Of a stretch of DNA of 64,000 nucleotides, positions 18,803 to 30,143 are shown in pieces. The translations under genes and the position numbers were made by a program. The notes beneath the pieces are model-generated. The model saw only the letters and a list, made by a program, of their open reading frames with translations, was not told the origin of the DNA and made no database searches. The stretch covers positions 896,001-960,000 of the forward strand of contig CAVYLP010000006.1 in NCBI GenBank assembly GCA_963769425.1. The letters run 5' to 3'. Within the stretch, counting starts at the first letter, position 1; every line of letters begins with the position of its first letter. This DNA is from Candidatus Bathyarchaeota archaeon. GTDB taxonomy: Archaea > Thermoproteota > Bathyarchaeia > TCS64.

Positions 18803-20192
18803 CTACGCGAAGACCTCTTCGAACCTCTTAACTAGCTCCTTCTCCTGCCCGGGCAGAAGCATCAGCGTGTTCACTATGAAGTTGTTGCTGTCCCCCCAGT
18901 ACCGGACCCAGATCTCAGGGTCCCCCTCCCTCAGCTTCTTTACAATCGACCCAACCTCATCTATGCTCTTGTCGAGGAAGTGGACGTTTAGCCCAAGTGT
19001 GTTGTAGGCTAGGCCTGTTCCACTCTTCGGAAGGTAGCTGATCCTCGCCTCCTTGAGGCCGGGGAGCTTCCTGATCCGCTTCTCAATGTAGCGAGCCCTA
19101 TCCCAGGCTGGGTTGATCCTCTCCGTCTCGTGGTCGAGCGCCATCCAGCGCTTGAAGGCGACGACTAGCCCAACGATCTCCTGCCTGTCAAGCTTGTAGC
19201 CGCGTCCAATCCCTCGGTACTTGCCGGGCGTCTCGTCTGGACCAGACTCAACCCCTATGAAGCTGTGGAGGGCAATCGCCTCGATGAGGTCCTTGCGCCC
19301 AATTACGAATCCAGTGCTGTTCGGGCCGTGCACGTATTTTCCACCGAAGGCAATGAGATCCGCCTTCATGTCCGTGAACATCTTGAAGTTGCTCGTCGGG
19401 TACGTCATCCCGGCCGCGTCGACTATGACTGGTATCCCATGGTTGTGAGCCATCTTGAGGAGATCCTTGAGCGGAGGTACACCCCTCTTCGGCGCATACG
19501 GGTACGCGTAGTGGATCGCCGCCGTCTTATCCGTAATCGCGGCCTCGAACTCGTCCACGCCACCGCCCCAGTTCTCGTCTCCAACGAACACGAACTTGCC
19601 CCCAGCCACCTCCATGGCGCGGTCGTAGACGTAGAGCCTGTTGTTCCGCTGGATGATGAACTCATTCTTCATCCCCGTCGTGTCGGGGAGACGCCTCATC
19701 TTCTCCGGGTCACTCCCCGCCATACATGCCGCAGCTCCGAGGACCAGTGCAGCGAAGCCGCCGCTCGTGATCCAGGCGGCCTCAGCGCCCGTCCCCTTCG
19801 CAATGATCTCGCCCCCCTTCTGGAGCAGCTCCCACATGTTACAGTACGTCTCGTTCGCCCTATCCATCGCCACCTGCACCTCCTTGGGCACGGTGCTGCC
19901 ACCCAACCGGGTGAGGGCGAAGGCCGCGTTCCCGCGTACAGCCCATACATGCTGCGGCGCCGAGTACGAGCGCCGCGAAGCCACCGCTCGTGATCCAGGC
20001 GGCCTCCGCGCCCGTCCCCTTCGCGATCACCTCGCCCCCCTTCTGGAGCAGCTCCCACATGTTACAGTAGGTCTCGTTCGCCCTATCCATCGCAACCTGC
20101 ACCTCCTTGGGCACAGTACTGCCACCCAACCGGGTGAGGGCGAAGGCCGCGTTCACCACGCGCTTACAGCCGAGTTCAGAATAGACGCTCAT
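18803..20192 (-). CDS. SelA/DgaE-like PLP-dependent enzyme, with out-of-frame internal duplication
   Basis: VVNAAFALTRLGGS, VIVDAA, FGGKYVHGP (PLP Lys), GIGRGYKLDRQEIVGL; segment duplicated at 19720-19930 and 19943-20153. Confidence 0.8.
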
Positions 20193-20289
20193 AGAAGGGA
20201 GAGGAGACTCAACGCGATAAAACAGTTTGGAGCGGATATGGCACCAATTTTATCTTACTAAATTGATAAACTAAACAAGGTAATACCCG

Positions 20290-20445
20290 ATGGTCAAAGC
20301 CTCCAGCAAGAAACGTAGTAAGTTACAGGAGAGTCTTGATGAAGAGACGCTAAGGGCAAAGGCGGAGCGTGCAAGTGAGATATTGAAGAAAATACCAGAC
20401 AAGGAACTCGTGGCCGCAATCCGCCGAAGCCGAGACAGTCGATGA
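20290..20445 (+). pseudogene. VapB-like antitoxin remnant (C-terminal half)
   Basis: ..AERASEILKKIPDKELVAAIRRSRDSR*; followed by an overlapping ATG reading MND*ILDLS (possible dead PIN start). Confidence 0.5.
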
Positions 20446-20510
20446 ATGATTAAATCCTTGACTTATCTTGCCCCACTGGGTAGCGTCAGGACTATTTGAT
20501 GGCGAGATCT

Positions 20511-20982
20511 CTAGGATGAGGCTTCGTTGATCCCTCGTTCTCTTCGGAGGAAATCGCCGATGTCGAATACGTTCTTCAAGATCATCTTACCTTCATGAGT
20601 CTCAATCCTCCCGTAACCGAGGCAATCCCCATCAAGCATCACGAGGAAGCATGTACCCTCAGTGAGATCCCCCTCAGACTTCTGTATGTTCTCAACGAAG
20701 ACATCCCTACCACAGACGAAGAGCCACCCGACCCGCTCGTCAACCCACACCTTGTGGGGCCCCTCAAGTTTCCCTAGTTCACGAAGCAGGACGGCGCTGG
20801 GCATGAACTCCCTCTTCGTCCTCCCAAGCAGCTTGCCCGCGTAGACAAGCCTTCCCTCTGTCACGTATCTGAGTCGCCACGTCGGGGCCGACGATGAAAC
20901 GCCTGTCGTTGAGGTTCACCCTCTCCCCAACTGGCTCGTAGACAGCGCCAATCGCCGCTAGGAAATCCTTCAGCTCCCTCAT
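20511..20982 (-). CDS. NIP7-like PUA-domain ribosome biogenesis protein (frameshift ~20860)
   Basis: YAGKLLG...KVWVDERVGWLFVCGRDVF...CLGYG...DIGDFLRRE; directly downstream of the Nop2-like MTase. Confidence 0.75.
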
Positions 20983-21865
20983 GGCTTCACCACCTTTGCG
21001 ACGAAGAAACCCTGAGTACCAGTCTCATCAGGCCAGAACCTCCTACACTTCGCCACATCGGGGCTGAGTTTTCTATCCAGTACCTCAGTCAACGCAGGGC
21101 TCCCGGGTCCACCGATCTCCTCTAACCTGACGTCGTGGTTGTCGAGGAGCCACTGGACATTCAACTCATCCTCCTCCGGCTCGAGGCTGCACGTCGTGTA
21201 GACGAGGGTCCCGCCGGGCCTCAGCAGCCCAACGGCGGCCCCGAGGAGCCTCCTCTGCTCCAAGGCGTTCTTCTCCACGTCCCCTATGTCCCGCTTCCTG
21301 AACCACTCCCTATCGGTCACGTAGTTCCCGGAACACGGCGCGTCGAGTAGAATCCTGTCGAAGAGTGTGCCGCCGTAGTCGAGCCCCGCAGCGTCGGCGT
21401 GGTATGCGACGCAGTTCTCCACACCGGTGCGCTCCAGGTTGTTCTCGAGGGCGTAGAGGCGGTCCCTGCGGATGTCGACGGCGACGACGGCGCCTCCGTT
21501 CCCCATCCAAGCCGCTATCTGAGTCGTCTTCCCCCCTGGGGCGGCGCACATGTCTAGCACGACCTCCCCCCCGGTTGGGGCGAGGACCTCGACGGGGAAC
21601 TGGGCGGCCGCCTCCTGTATCGAGTAGAGGCCGAGTAGGTACTCGAAGCTGGCGCCGACGCTCGACTCACCCCCCTCAACGTGGAATCCATCCCTCAACC
21701 AAGGGATGGTCGTCATCTTCACGCCCCTGGGCCTCAAGCTCTGGCAACGACCTCCTCCCTGCCAGCTAGGAGGGTGTTCACCCTTATCGCCCGCCTCGTC
21801 CTCTCGTCGCCCCTCAAATCGTGCCCCATCGCCCTGTATCGGTCGAGGAAGAAGCCGGCGCCCAT
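20979..21865 (-). CDS. RsmB/NOL1/NOP2 RNA m5C methyltransferase (frameshift ~21735)
   Basis: AIRVNTL in the upstream frame; LDMCAAPGGKT, LLDAPCSG, YTTCSL, GFFVAK. Confidence 0.9.
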
Positions 21866-21955
21866 GTGACGCTTCTTCACTGGAGGCGATTTAACCGTTC
21901 CCACAGCCCACCCAGATTTATAGTCTGGATGTTACCTCAGTTCCCGGGGAGACAG

Positions 21956-22994
21956 TTGGCGAGACCGCGGGCTAGGGAATTCGGCGTCGAGTTGGGCTCG
22001 ATGAAGACGGGTAGGCTGAACGCCATCACGGACGTAGAGGGCGTTGGAGTTGGCCACTCAACCATCATCGAGGGCGACTCGGTCAGGACGGGCGTCACAG
22101 CCATAGTGCCCCACCAGGGGAACCTAGTCGAGGAGAAGGTCACGGCGGCCGTCGACCTCTTCAACGCCTACGGGAAATCCACCGGCCTCCCCCAGATCAT
22201 CTACGAGGGCACCCTCGAGACCCCGATAATGCTCACGGAGACTCTGAACACGTGGAGGGTCGCCGACGCCGTCGTCGACTACCACCGCGACCGCATGGGG
22301 CTCGAACCTCGCTCCCTAAACGTCGTCGTTGGCGAGACGAACGGGAGCTACCTCACCGACAACCTCGGTAGGCACGTCGGCGCGAAGCAGGTCTTCGAGG
22401 CACTCGACGCCGCGAGGAGCCAGGCTGGGCGGGGTCCGGTGCAGGAGGGGAACGTAGGCGGCGGGACGCCCATGACGGGCTACGGCTTCAAGGGTGGCAT
22501 AGGCACCTCGAGCCGCGTCGGCGACGGCTTCACGGTCGGCGCCCTCGTCCAGCTCAACTGCGGTAGCAAGGAGGACCTCACAATCGCCGGAGTCCCCGTA
22601 GGTAGAGAAATCAAACTCCCAAAGAATCCGGAGGCCAGCCCCGGCAATAGCATAATGATGATCATCGCAACCGACCTAGCCATGGAGTCCAGGCAACTCT
22701 GGAAGGTTGCTAAGAGGGCGGCCCTCGGACTAGCCCGGACGGGTACATATAGTGGAAACGGTAGTGGCGACTTCACCATCGCCTTCACAACGGGGAAGAA
22801 GCCTCACGATGGGCGCAGGCGACGAGTTCCTAAACCCCGTCTACAAGGCGACCGTCGAGGCAACGGAGGAGGCTGTCGTCAACGCCCTCTTCGCAGCCGA
22901 GACGATGACAGGCTACAAGGGCCACATAAGACACGCTCTCCCCCTCGATCAGGTCAGAGAGATATTCAGCAAATATGGCCGCAGATTACCCTAG
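21956..22994 (+). CDS. Peptidase S58 DmpA/P1 family aminopeptidase (frameshift ~22800)
   Basis: LNAITDVEGVGVGH, RTGVTAI, EGNVGGGT, FKGGIGTSSR, GNSI, GSGDF; C-terminus ATEEAVVNAL in another frame. Confidence 0.88.
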
Positions 22995-23043
22995 CCGGTA
23001 AACGTTAAACCCCCTCGGACGCCTCTACTCCCGGTGCAGCTTC

Positions 23044-24375
23044 TTGCCTAGCCTCCGAGGCCCAAGTATAGTCACGGGGCTCCCCGGCCCACGCGTCGCC
23101 AAACTCCTAGCCGACTCCGGCCTAGACCCCTCGTCCTACTCGAGCCCAATAGTCGACGAGGCGAGGGGCATCTACGTCAAGGACCCCGACGGGAACGTCT
23201 TCGTGGACCTCATCTCGGGGCGCTGCGTCGCCAACACCGGATACAATCACCCCCGCGTAGTCGAGGCGATTAAGGCCCAAGCGGAGAGGAGCATCCACTG
23301 GCAAACAGAGCAGGCATATACCCTAATCCGTCGCTTCGAGGAGATGCTGGGCTCGGGGCCCAAGCAGGTCTACTGGGGCCAATCGGGGAGCCTCTCCAAC
23401 GACCACGCAATAAAGGCGGTACGCAGAGCCACGGGGAAGCCCCTCATCATCAGCTTCACGGGGAGCTACCACGGAAGCAGCATGGGCGCCATAAGCCTCA
23501 GCGGCTACGACCCAAGCATGAAGAGACACTACGGCCCACTACTCCCCGGCATCATCCACGTCCCATACGCCTCCTGCTACAGGTGCCCCCTCAAGATGGA
23601 GCACCCCGGCTGCGGCCTAGCATGCCTCAGCTACATCGAAGACGTTGCCTTCAAGAGCTATGTCCCATCCGACGAGGTCGCCGCCGTCTTCGTCGAGCCG
23701 ATCCAAGGGGATGCTGGTTGGCATGTCCCACCGCAGGGGTGGCATGTGGGGCTGAAAAAACTGTGCGAGAAATACGGAATCCTCCACGTTGCAGATGAGG
23801 TCCAGATGGGTTTCGGTAGGACAGGGACTTGGCTTGGGATGGACCACTGGGGCATCAAGCCAGATGTTGTCATCCTAGGGAAGGCTATGGGGAGCGGAGT
23901 GCCAATCAGCGCCGTCGTCCTCGGTAGGGATCTACTCGAGTCGACGGACCCGGAGCCCATCCCCATACACGCCCAGAGCTTCAGCGCTACTCCCCTCGGT
24001 ACAGCAGCGGCTCATGCTACCATGGACGTGATTCGCGATGAGAAGCTCTGTGAGAACTCGGAGAGGATGGGTGAGTACATGAGGAAGAGACTCATAGAGC
24101 TCATGGACGAGCATCCAAGCATCGGCGACGTTAGGGGCATAGGCCTACTCATAGGCGTCGAGATAGTGAAGGATAGGGTGAGAAAGACGCCCGACCCGGT
24201 GGCCGCAAACATGATCTGCGCCGAGGCCTTCAAGCGGGGCATCTACACACTCAACATGGGGAGCTACGGCGGAAGAGCCATCAGAGTTGCCCCACCCCTA
24301 ATCATCGACGAGGGGCAAGCAGACACCGCAATAAACCTACTTGAGGAATCGATTGGAAAAGTCGAGACCCGCTAA
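23044..24375 (+). CDS. Class III PLP aminotransferase (GABA-AT/amino-acid racemase-like)
   Basis: DPDGNVFVD, SYHG, EPIQGDAG, ADEVQMGFGRTG, LGKAMGSG, GDVRGIGL. Confidence 0.92.
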   Translation: MPSLRGPSIVTGLPGPRVAKLLADSGLDPSSYSSPIVDEARGIYVKDPDGNVFVDLISGRCVANTGYNHPRVVEAIKAQAERSIHWQTEQAYTLIRRFEEMLGSGPKQVYWGQSGSLSNDHAIKAVRRATGKPLIISFTGSYHGSSMGAISLSGYDPSMKRHYGPLLPGIIHVPYASCYRCPLKMEHPGCGLACLSYIEDVAFKSYVPSDEVAAVFVEPIQGDAGWHVPPQGWHVGLKKLCEKYGILHVADEVQMGFGRTGTWLGMDHWGIKPDVVILGKAMGSGVPISAVVLGRDLLESTDPEPIPIHAQSFSATPLGTAAAHATMDVIRDEKLCENSERMGEYMRKRLIELMDEHPSIGDVRGIGLLIGVEIVKDRVRKTPDPVAANMICAEAFKRGIYTLNMGSYGGRAIRVAPPLIIDEGQADTAINLLEESIGKVETR

Positions 24376-24564
24376 GGCTGCAAATGCAACGCGCTGATCC
24401 TTGAAATCCACGTGAAGGGCACTGAAGTCTAGTCGGGTACAGTAACCCGTAATATAACTTGCGTCAAATCCACCCGAGATTTTAAAGAATCGTAACCATC
24501 AACTGCGCGCTGGAACTACTCACAGGCTTGTTAAATCAGAAGAAATTTAACATAACCAGCGTGA

Positions 24565-24774
24565 TTGAATCCACGGTTACCCCACAGGAGAAACTCCTAC
24601 TACATTACACTCTCCGTCATCTCGATGCAGATCACATTTTCTACCATCTACATGGTCTTCCCCCTCAACTTCGTCTTCTACCTTGCTGCTGCATTCTGCG
24701 TCGTGGCCCTTGTACTCATACAAGTGTTTGTACCGGAGCCGCGTACCCGAAAAGACGCTAAGAGAAAACCGTGA
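24565..24774 (+). pseudogene. Possible C-terminal fragment of an MFS-type transporter
   Basis: Hydrophobic helix FYLAAAFCVVALVLIQVFVPEP resembling a last MFS TM. Confidence 0.3.
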
Positions 24775-24784
24775 TAGTTCTTGT

Positions 24785-26083
24785 TTAGGGCTTGTAGCCT
24801 CTTACGAACTCCTCAGTAGCGCTGATGTAAGCATCTATGTCCTCCACCGTGTGTGGGCTGCTTATCCAGCAGTGACTCACATTCGGGCTCAGATAGATGA
24901 TTCCCTTGTCAAGCATATGGGTGAAATAGGCCTTTGTGGCGGCCGCGTCGTTCCTGATCGTGTCGGCGGCGTTTCGGGGTATCTTCGACTGGAAGTGGAT
25001 GGCGAACGTCGAGCCAACACCCGTCACCGTCGCGGGGAGCCCACCCCTGCCGAAGACATCCTCCAGCCCAGTCCTCATCCGTTTCCCGAGCTTGTCGATG
25101 CTGATGTAGATCTTCCCATCCTTTAGGAGATCGAGTGTCGTGCAGCCCGCCACCATGCTGATCGGGTTGCCTGTGAACGTGCCCCCGTGGGCGACGCGCT
25201 CCTCCGCCTTCGGATACTTCTTCTGGTCGATTCGCTCCATGATCTCCTCAGAGCCGCAGAAAGCGCCTATGGGGAACCCCCCACCAATGATCTTGCCAAG
25301 GATCGTTATGTCTGGTTTGACGCCGTAGAGCTCCTGTGCCCCACCGGGGGCGAGGCGGAACCCCGTCACAACTTCATCGAAGACAAGAAGGGTCCCAGTC
25401 TGGTCGCAGACCTCACGTAGCCCCTGGAGGTAGCCCGGCTCCGGGGTGATGAATCCCGCTGCGCCCATGACCGGCTCGAGGATGATGCAAGCGTACTCCT
25501 TGGTCCTGATGCGTTTCCTCGCCGCCTCAAGGTCGTTGAACGGTACAGCATCCGTGTCCTCGGTTGTCTTCGGGTTAAGCCCTGCTGACTCCGACTTCGT
25601 ATAGGGGTAACTGACAGCCTTGTGGAGGCTGTCGTAGCCGCCGTGCCATCCCCCCTCGATCTTGAGCATCTTCATCCTACCCGCGTAGGCCCGGGCGAGG
25701 CGCGTACCATACATGTTCGCCTCGGTCCCGCTCGCACAGTACCTCACCATCTCCGCCGAGGGGACGTTCCTAACTATGCGCTCGGCAAGCTCGATCTCCA
25801 ACTCGTGGCTGAATCCGATATGGGTCCCGTTTGGGAGCTGCTTCCTCACAGCGTCCATAACCCTCTTCGGGCTGTGGCCGAGGATCAATGCCCCGTGACC
25901 CACCCAGTAATCCGTGTACTCGTTGCCGTCCACGTCTCTAAGCCTCACCCCCTGCGCCTCCTCGACGAAGAACGGGTACGGAGGAAGAGCCCGAATACCG
26001 TAGCTAACACCCGAGGGCAGAACCTTGCACGCCCTCTCATACAACTCCTTGGACTTCAGCGTCTTCTCGGCGAAGCTGCTCAT
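24785..26083 (-). CDS. Glutamate-1-semialdehyde aminomutase-like class III aminotransferase
   Basis: DVDGNEYTD, SGTEA, FDEVVTGFR, LGKIIGGGFPIGA, GTFTGNP. Confidence 0.88.
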   Translation of the reverse strand: MSSFAEKTLKSKELYERACKVLPSGVSYGIRALPPYPFFVEEAQGVRLRDVDGNEYTDYWVGHGALILGHSPKRVMDAVRKQLPNGTHIGFSHELEIELAERIVRNVPSAEMVRYCASGTEANMYGTRLARAYAGRMKMLKIEGGWHGGYDSLHKAVSYPYTKSESAGLNPKTTEDTDAVPFNDLEAARKRIRTKEYACIILEPVMGAAGFITPEPGYLQGLREVCDQTGTLLVFDEVVTGFRLAPGGAQELYGVKPDITILGKIIGGGFPIGAFCGSEEIMERIDQKKYPKAEERVAHGGTFTGNPISMVAGCTTLDLLKDGKIYISIDKLGKRMRTGLEDVFGRGGLPATVTGVGSTFAIHFQSKIPRNAADTIRNDAAATKAYFTHMLDKGIIYLSPNVSHCWISSPHTVEDIDAYISATEEFVRGYKP

Positions 26084-26185
26084 CAGGAACCCCAGCCAAG
26101 GGATATCGTCCACGCGTATTAATTATTTTTAATCAAGGACATGCCCAAATAATGTTTAAATCTCATAAAACCAGAGGTCGAGGCA

Positions 26186-26455
26186 ATGCCCGATGAAGCT
26201 ATTACGCATCAGATCGAGATTTGCAAATCAGAGATAGATGCTGAAAGTTTCGGGCCATGTGTCATGGATCTCTTCAACATGTTACCCGAGAATACTCGGG
26301 GCGAGATCGAGAAAATCGATGGCGTCTGCAAGATAACCGAATCCTACGTAAATCGCTTCATAAACAACGTTCTCATTACCGTCGAATTCGTGACCACAAA
26401 GACCTACAACCACAAGCTATTGTTCTCCGAGATACTGAAGAGGTTAGAAAAGTAA
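26186..26455 (+). CDS. Hypothetical protein
   Basis: 89-aa ORF after TATA-like TTTAAA and GAGG. Confidence 0.55.
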   Translation: MPDEAITHQIEICKSEIDAESFGPCVMDLFNMLPENTRGEIEKIDGVCKITESYVNRFINNVLITVEFVTTKTYNHKLLFSEILKRLEK

Positions 26456-26527
26456 GGCTAATCCCTTTGGCTTGATATCGAGATGGTATAAATAGAATCA
26501 TTCCTCCCTGAAACACGGTGCGAGTAC

Positions 26528-27008
26528 TTGTCGAAGGAGTTGAAGAAGAAGGAAGAATGGGTATGGAACCCAGACGAGATGTTCCGCGAACTAGACACGA
26601 GGATTGAGGACTTCAAGAAGAACGTGATGATGCCAATGATGCCCATGTTGCCCATGAAGGCAAAGGCGTGGCAACACCACATGATGAGGACTCCTAGGGT
26701 CGATCTGAATGATTTAGGCGACCACTATGAGGCGTTCATCGAGGTCCCCGGCGTCGAGAAGGAAGCTGTGCAGGTCCACATGACGCCGACCACCCTCGAT
26801 GTTGACGCCGAGGTGGAGATGGAAACGGAGGAGAAGAAGGAGTTCCTCATGAGGGAGAGGAGCCAGCAGGAGATCTGTCGCACGCATAACCTTCCCTGAA
26901 GAGATTATCCCCGAGCAGGCTGAGGCAAGGGTCACCAATGGGCTGCTCACCGTCACTGTTCCAAAGAAACACAAGCCTGAGGAACGGACAAAGATCGAGG
27001 TCAAGTGA
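26528..27008 (+). CDS. Hsp20 small heat-shock protein (frameshift ~26885)
   Basis: PRVDL..EVPGVEKE..ERS; continues FPEEIIPEQAEARVTNGLLTVTVPK..KIEVK in another frame. Confidence 0.88.
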
Positions 27009-27023
27009 CCCCGACCACATTCT

Positions 27024-28895
27024 TTAAACGAAGACTATGGGGGGCAGGGAATCCTTCCCCGTCCTAACCTTAAGCTCCTGAAGCTCCCGTTTCTGCTGGT
27101 TGAGTACATCCCAGAACTCCCTAGGCATGTTAGGTTCATCTTTGTAGAGCTGCTCCATCCTCGCGATCTTCTCGAGGTAGTTAGAGACGCGTATACTGAA
27201 CTGTTGGATGTATTCCTCCTCCACGTAGTCCCTCTTGAAAACCGTCTTGAAGAGTTGCTTGAGGTCCTTGTAATGAGGGATCAATCCAATGGGAGTCTTT
27301 ATGGCGTCGTAGTCCCCCTTGACGCGGCCCTCCGCCCAGATGACCCAGATCTTCTTGTCTAGCTTCGTGTTCGTGTACTTGCCCTCGTGGCGGAGGAAGT
27401 AGTTGGTTGAGTATACGCGTGGTTTGTGCTTGAGCTTCTTCCCGAATTTGATGTGGTTGGTGAGATAGGTTGAGAGTGGGACGACTACGAAGTCCATGTT
27501 CGCCATCGGGTCCTGCCTGCGCACACCTGTCTTGCCGATGATTGCTGTGGTCGTCTCGGACTCGAGGGTCGCCCCGATGTAGACGCCGTGCTCCCAGCTC
27601 AGCGCCTCCGCGATTGGGACGTTCGTGTCTGAGTCTCGGCCACCATAGAATATGCCTTCGACGACGACGCCAACTGGGTCATTGTACTTAGGGTCGACGT
27701 TCTCAAGCTCGCTTAGGCGCATAGTGTAGCGGGCGTTGCCATGGGCGAAGGGGATCTCGTTACCGTCCTTGTCCTTCTTCCCCTTGAACCAGTCCCCACT
27801 GAAGTTGACACCCTTGTCAGGGATCTCATTCTTTCCCATTCCGAGCCAGTATGGAACCCCCTCGGAGACGAGGACGTTGCTGAAGATTAGCTCCCTCGGG
27901 GTTGTGAGGCTCTTGTAGATTAGAGGGTCGTCCACAGGATTAACGTCCTGTATGATCCCGAAGATGCCCTGTTCTATGTTGACGCCCCTACAATTACCCT
28001 CTTTGTCCTCCTTGAGGTACGCTATATCGTCCCCCACGATACTCTGCCCGGGGATCATGGCTGTGCTCGTTTTACCACAGGCGCTAGGATATGCGCCGGC
28101 GAAGTAGGTGACCCTACCCTTACCTGGTGGGTGGACACCCATGAGAAGCATGTGCTCCGCCAGCCAGTCCTCGTGGTTCGCCTTATAGATGGCGAGTCGA
28201 AGAGCCAGCTTCTTGAGTCCCACGCTGTTCCCAGCGTACTGGTTGTTCACCGAGTAGACCTTTCCGTCGGTGACATCTATGTAGATGCGGCGGTTGCCGT
28301 AGTTCTTGGTGACCTTTCTGTCGTCGAGTTCACCGGCCGAGTGGAGGAATGTGAAGAAGTCCTTACCACCATTGAGTCTCCTGAACTGCTCGAATCCCTG
28401 CCTGTAGAGGAGGTCCTCGCTATGGGAGACGTAAGCGGAGTCCGTTACCTGCATTGCACAGATACTGAAGCGGCTGTTCGTCGGGCCGAGGCTGTAGAAC
28501 TTCACGATCATGGCCTTTCCCCTCATGCAGCCGTCCATGAGGCCGAGTATCTCCTTAAGCCCCTCCTCTCTCCCTATGGTGTTGATCTTCTTGCTCAGAC
28601 TCATCCCTGGTGGCGTGAGGACCTTCGTGCTACCCGTGTCGCGGGCTAGGTCATAGTAGCCATCGAAGTGGATCGTGTGCCCCTTCAATTTCAGTGGCTT
28701 TTCTTCACCAGTCTCAAGGGCGAGTTCTCGGATGCGTTCGACTTCTGACTGAGTCTCGCCAAGAACCATGACGCTTAACGGCTTACATAGAGCCACGAAG
28801 GATTGAAGCTGGTCTATCACGTGCTGGTTGCCGAGGGACTCCAGGTTCTCTCGGCTCTTCTCATCCAGGACTTTAACGAGGGTGTCCGGGATCAT
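27024..28895 (-). CDS. pckG: Phosphoenolpyruvate carboxykinase (GTP)
   Basis: YAGNSVGLKK, WLAEHM, AYPSACGKTSTAM, VGDDIAY, HGNARYT, GGRD. Confidence 0.95.
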   Translation of the reverse strand: MIPDTLVKVLDEKSRENLESLGNQHVIDQLQSFVALCKPLSVMVLGETQSEVERIRELALETGEEKPLKLKGHTIHFDGYYDLARDTGSTKVLTPPGMSLSKKINTIGREEGLKEILGLMDGCMRGKAMIVKFYSLGPTNSRFSICAMQVTDSAYVSHSEDLLYRQGFEQFRRLNGGKDFFTFLHSAGELDDRKVTKNYGNRRIYIDVTDGKVYSVNNQYAGNSVGLKKLALRLAIYKANHEDWLAEHMLLMGVHPPGKGRVTYFAGAYPSACGKTSTAMIPGQSIVGDDIAYLKEDKEGNCRGVNIEQGIFGIIQDVNPVDDPLIYKSLTTPRELIFSNVLVSEGVPYWLGMGKNEIPDKGVNFSGDWFKGKKDKDGNEIPFAHGNARYTMRLSELENVDPKYNDPVGVVVEGIFYGGRDSDTNVPIAEALSWEHGVYIGATLESETTTAIIGKTGVRRQDPMANMDFVVVPLSTYLTNHIKFGKKLKHKPRVYSTNYFLRHEGKYTNTKLDKKIWVIWAEGRVKGDYDAIKTPIGLIPHYKDLKQLFKTVFKRDYVEEEYIQQFSIRVSNYLEKIARMEQLYKDEPNMPREFWDVLNQQKRELQELKVRTGKDSLPPIVFV

Positions 28896-29066
28896 GAACC
28901 ATCATTTGATGTACGGTACTCCCCCGATAAGTGTAACGGTGGAGACACATACGCGGGAAAATGCCCCAGATGGGGCGCGACGAATAGTTTCTCAAACCAT
29001 AATGTCTATCAACTCAGCGGGTTCCTTCATACATCCTTGGAACTATCGGATCGAGTGCCGCCGGAG

Positions 29067-29912
29067 TTGGGCGCGTACTTCGCCAACGTCCGCATGGGTG
29101 ACTGGGGAGGATACATCCTCATATCCATCCTAGGTTACATGCTGGGACTAGACTTAGCCAACAGCTACCTCACCAATCTGCTTCTCGCTATTCCCTACTT
29201 CGCGGTGATTGCCTGCTACCTAGGTTTCTCATTCTCCATAAACAACTGCTTCGACTGCGAGGGAGACAGGCTCGGAATTAAGGCAACACGTAATCCTATC
29301 GCCCTGGAGAGGATCAGCGTCCGCTCCGGCTTCATCTTCTCCCTCCTCCTCGCGGCCGCAGGCCTCACCATAACAAGCCTCTTGCTTGGGTCAGGCCCCG
29401 CCCTACTATACCTCGTCATGTTGTCGCTTAGCGGCGCCTACTCCGCCCCTAAGCCGAGATTCAAGTCGGTCCCGGTCGTGGACATGCTCTCCCACGGGCT
29501 CTTCTTCGGCTCACTCATAGTCCTCTTCGGACTCACAGTCACGGGCGGCTCCAGTCCACAGACCCCATTCATCTGCGCTGGGATATTTCTGGCCTCGATC
29601 ATTGTGGAGCTCAACAATCAGATCGAGGACGCAACCGCTGATGCCGAGGCTGGGGTGAGGACGACAACTGTTACAGTCGGGCTACCCTGGGCGAAGAGGC
29701 TTTTCTCCGCCCTCCTAGCTGTCCACATAGTTGTGATGGTCTACATGCTCAGTCAACCCGGTGGTATTATCGCCACCGCTATTTCGGTCGGCTTCTTCAT
29801 GGTTCTTGCTTACAAGCTTTACATCGGCAAGGAGAGGAGGAGTTACTTCTTCCTAATCGAGAAGGTCACGCCGATAGTCTATTTCCTGTATGTTTTCTTC
29901 CTCATAATCTAA
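29067..29912 (+). CDS. UbiA-family prenyltransferase
   Basis: NNCFDCEGD..RNP, YSAPKPRFK, NQIEDATAD.AG.RT; multi-TM. Confidence 0.88.
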   Translation: MGAYFANVRMGDWGGYILISILGYMLGLDLANSYLTNLLLAIPYFAVIACYLGFSFSINNCFDCEGDRLGIKATRNPIALERISVRSGFIFSLLLAAAGLTITSLLLGSGPALLYLVMLSLSGAYSAPKPRFKSVPVVDMLSHGLFFGSLIVLFGLTVTGGSSPQTPFICAGIFLASIIVELNNQIEDATADAEAGVRTTTVTVGLPWAKRLFSALLAVHIVVMVYMLSQPGGIIATAISVGFFMVLAYKLYIGKERRSYFFLIEKVTPIVYFLYVFFLII

Positions 29913-29925
29913 GGAAAAGTCGAGG

Positions 29926-30057
29926 CTATTCAGCACTCTTAATGGGTTTCTTAGCTTTTTCCTCCCTATGGGGAAGGAAATCGAATATACCAATAACCGC
30001 GACAACAATCAAAACGGCGATCGCGATTATCATCGGATCGAGGTAAATCTCAGCCAT
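29926..30057 (-). CDS. Small single-TM protein (43 aa)
   Basis: MAEIYLDPMIIAIAVLIVVAVIGIFDFLPHREEKAKKPIKSAE*. Confidence 0.55.
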   Translation of the reverse strand: MAEIYLDPMIIAIAVLIVVAVIGIFDFLPHREEKAKKPIKSAE

Positions 30058-30143
30058 GTGAGGAAATTTATCATAAATACTATTTAGCGTTTGGGGGAGA
30101 GGCAACAGTTAAGACTGAAGGAGTCTCATGTTCCCCGATCAAG

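Noticed and set aside
18803-20192. True selenocysteine synthase (selA)
   Set aside because: Archaea use SepSecS; no sel genes or tRNA-Sec here; treated as a SelA-like PLP enzyme.
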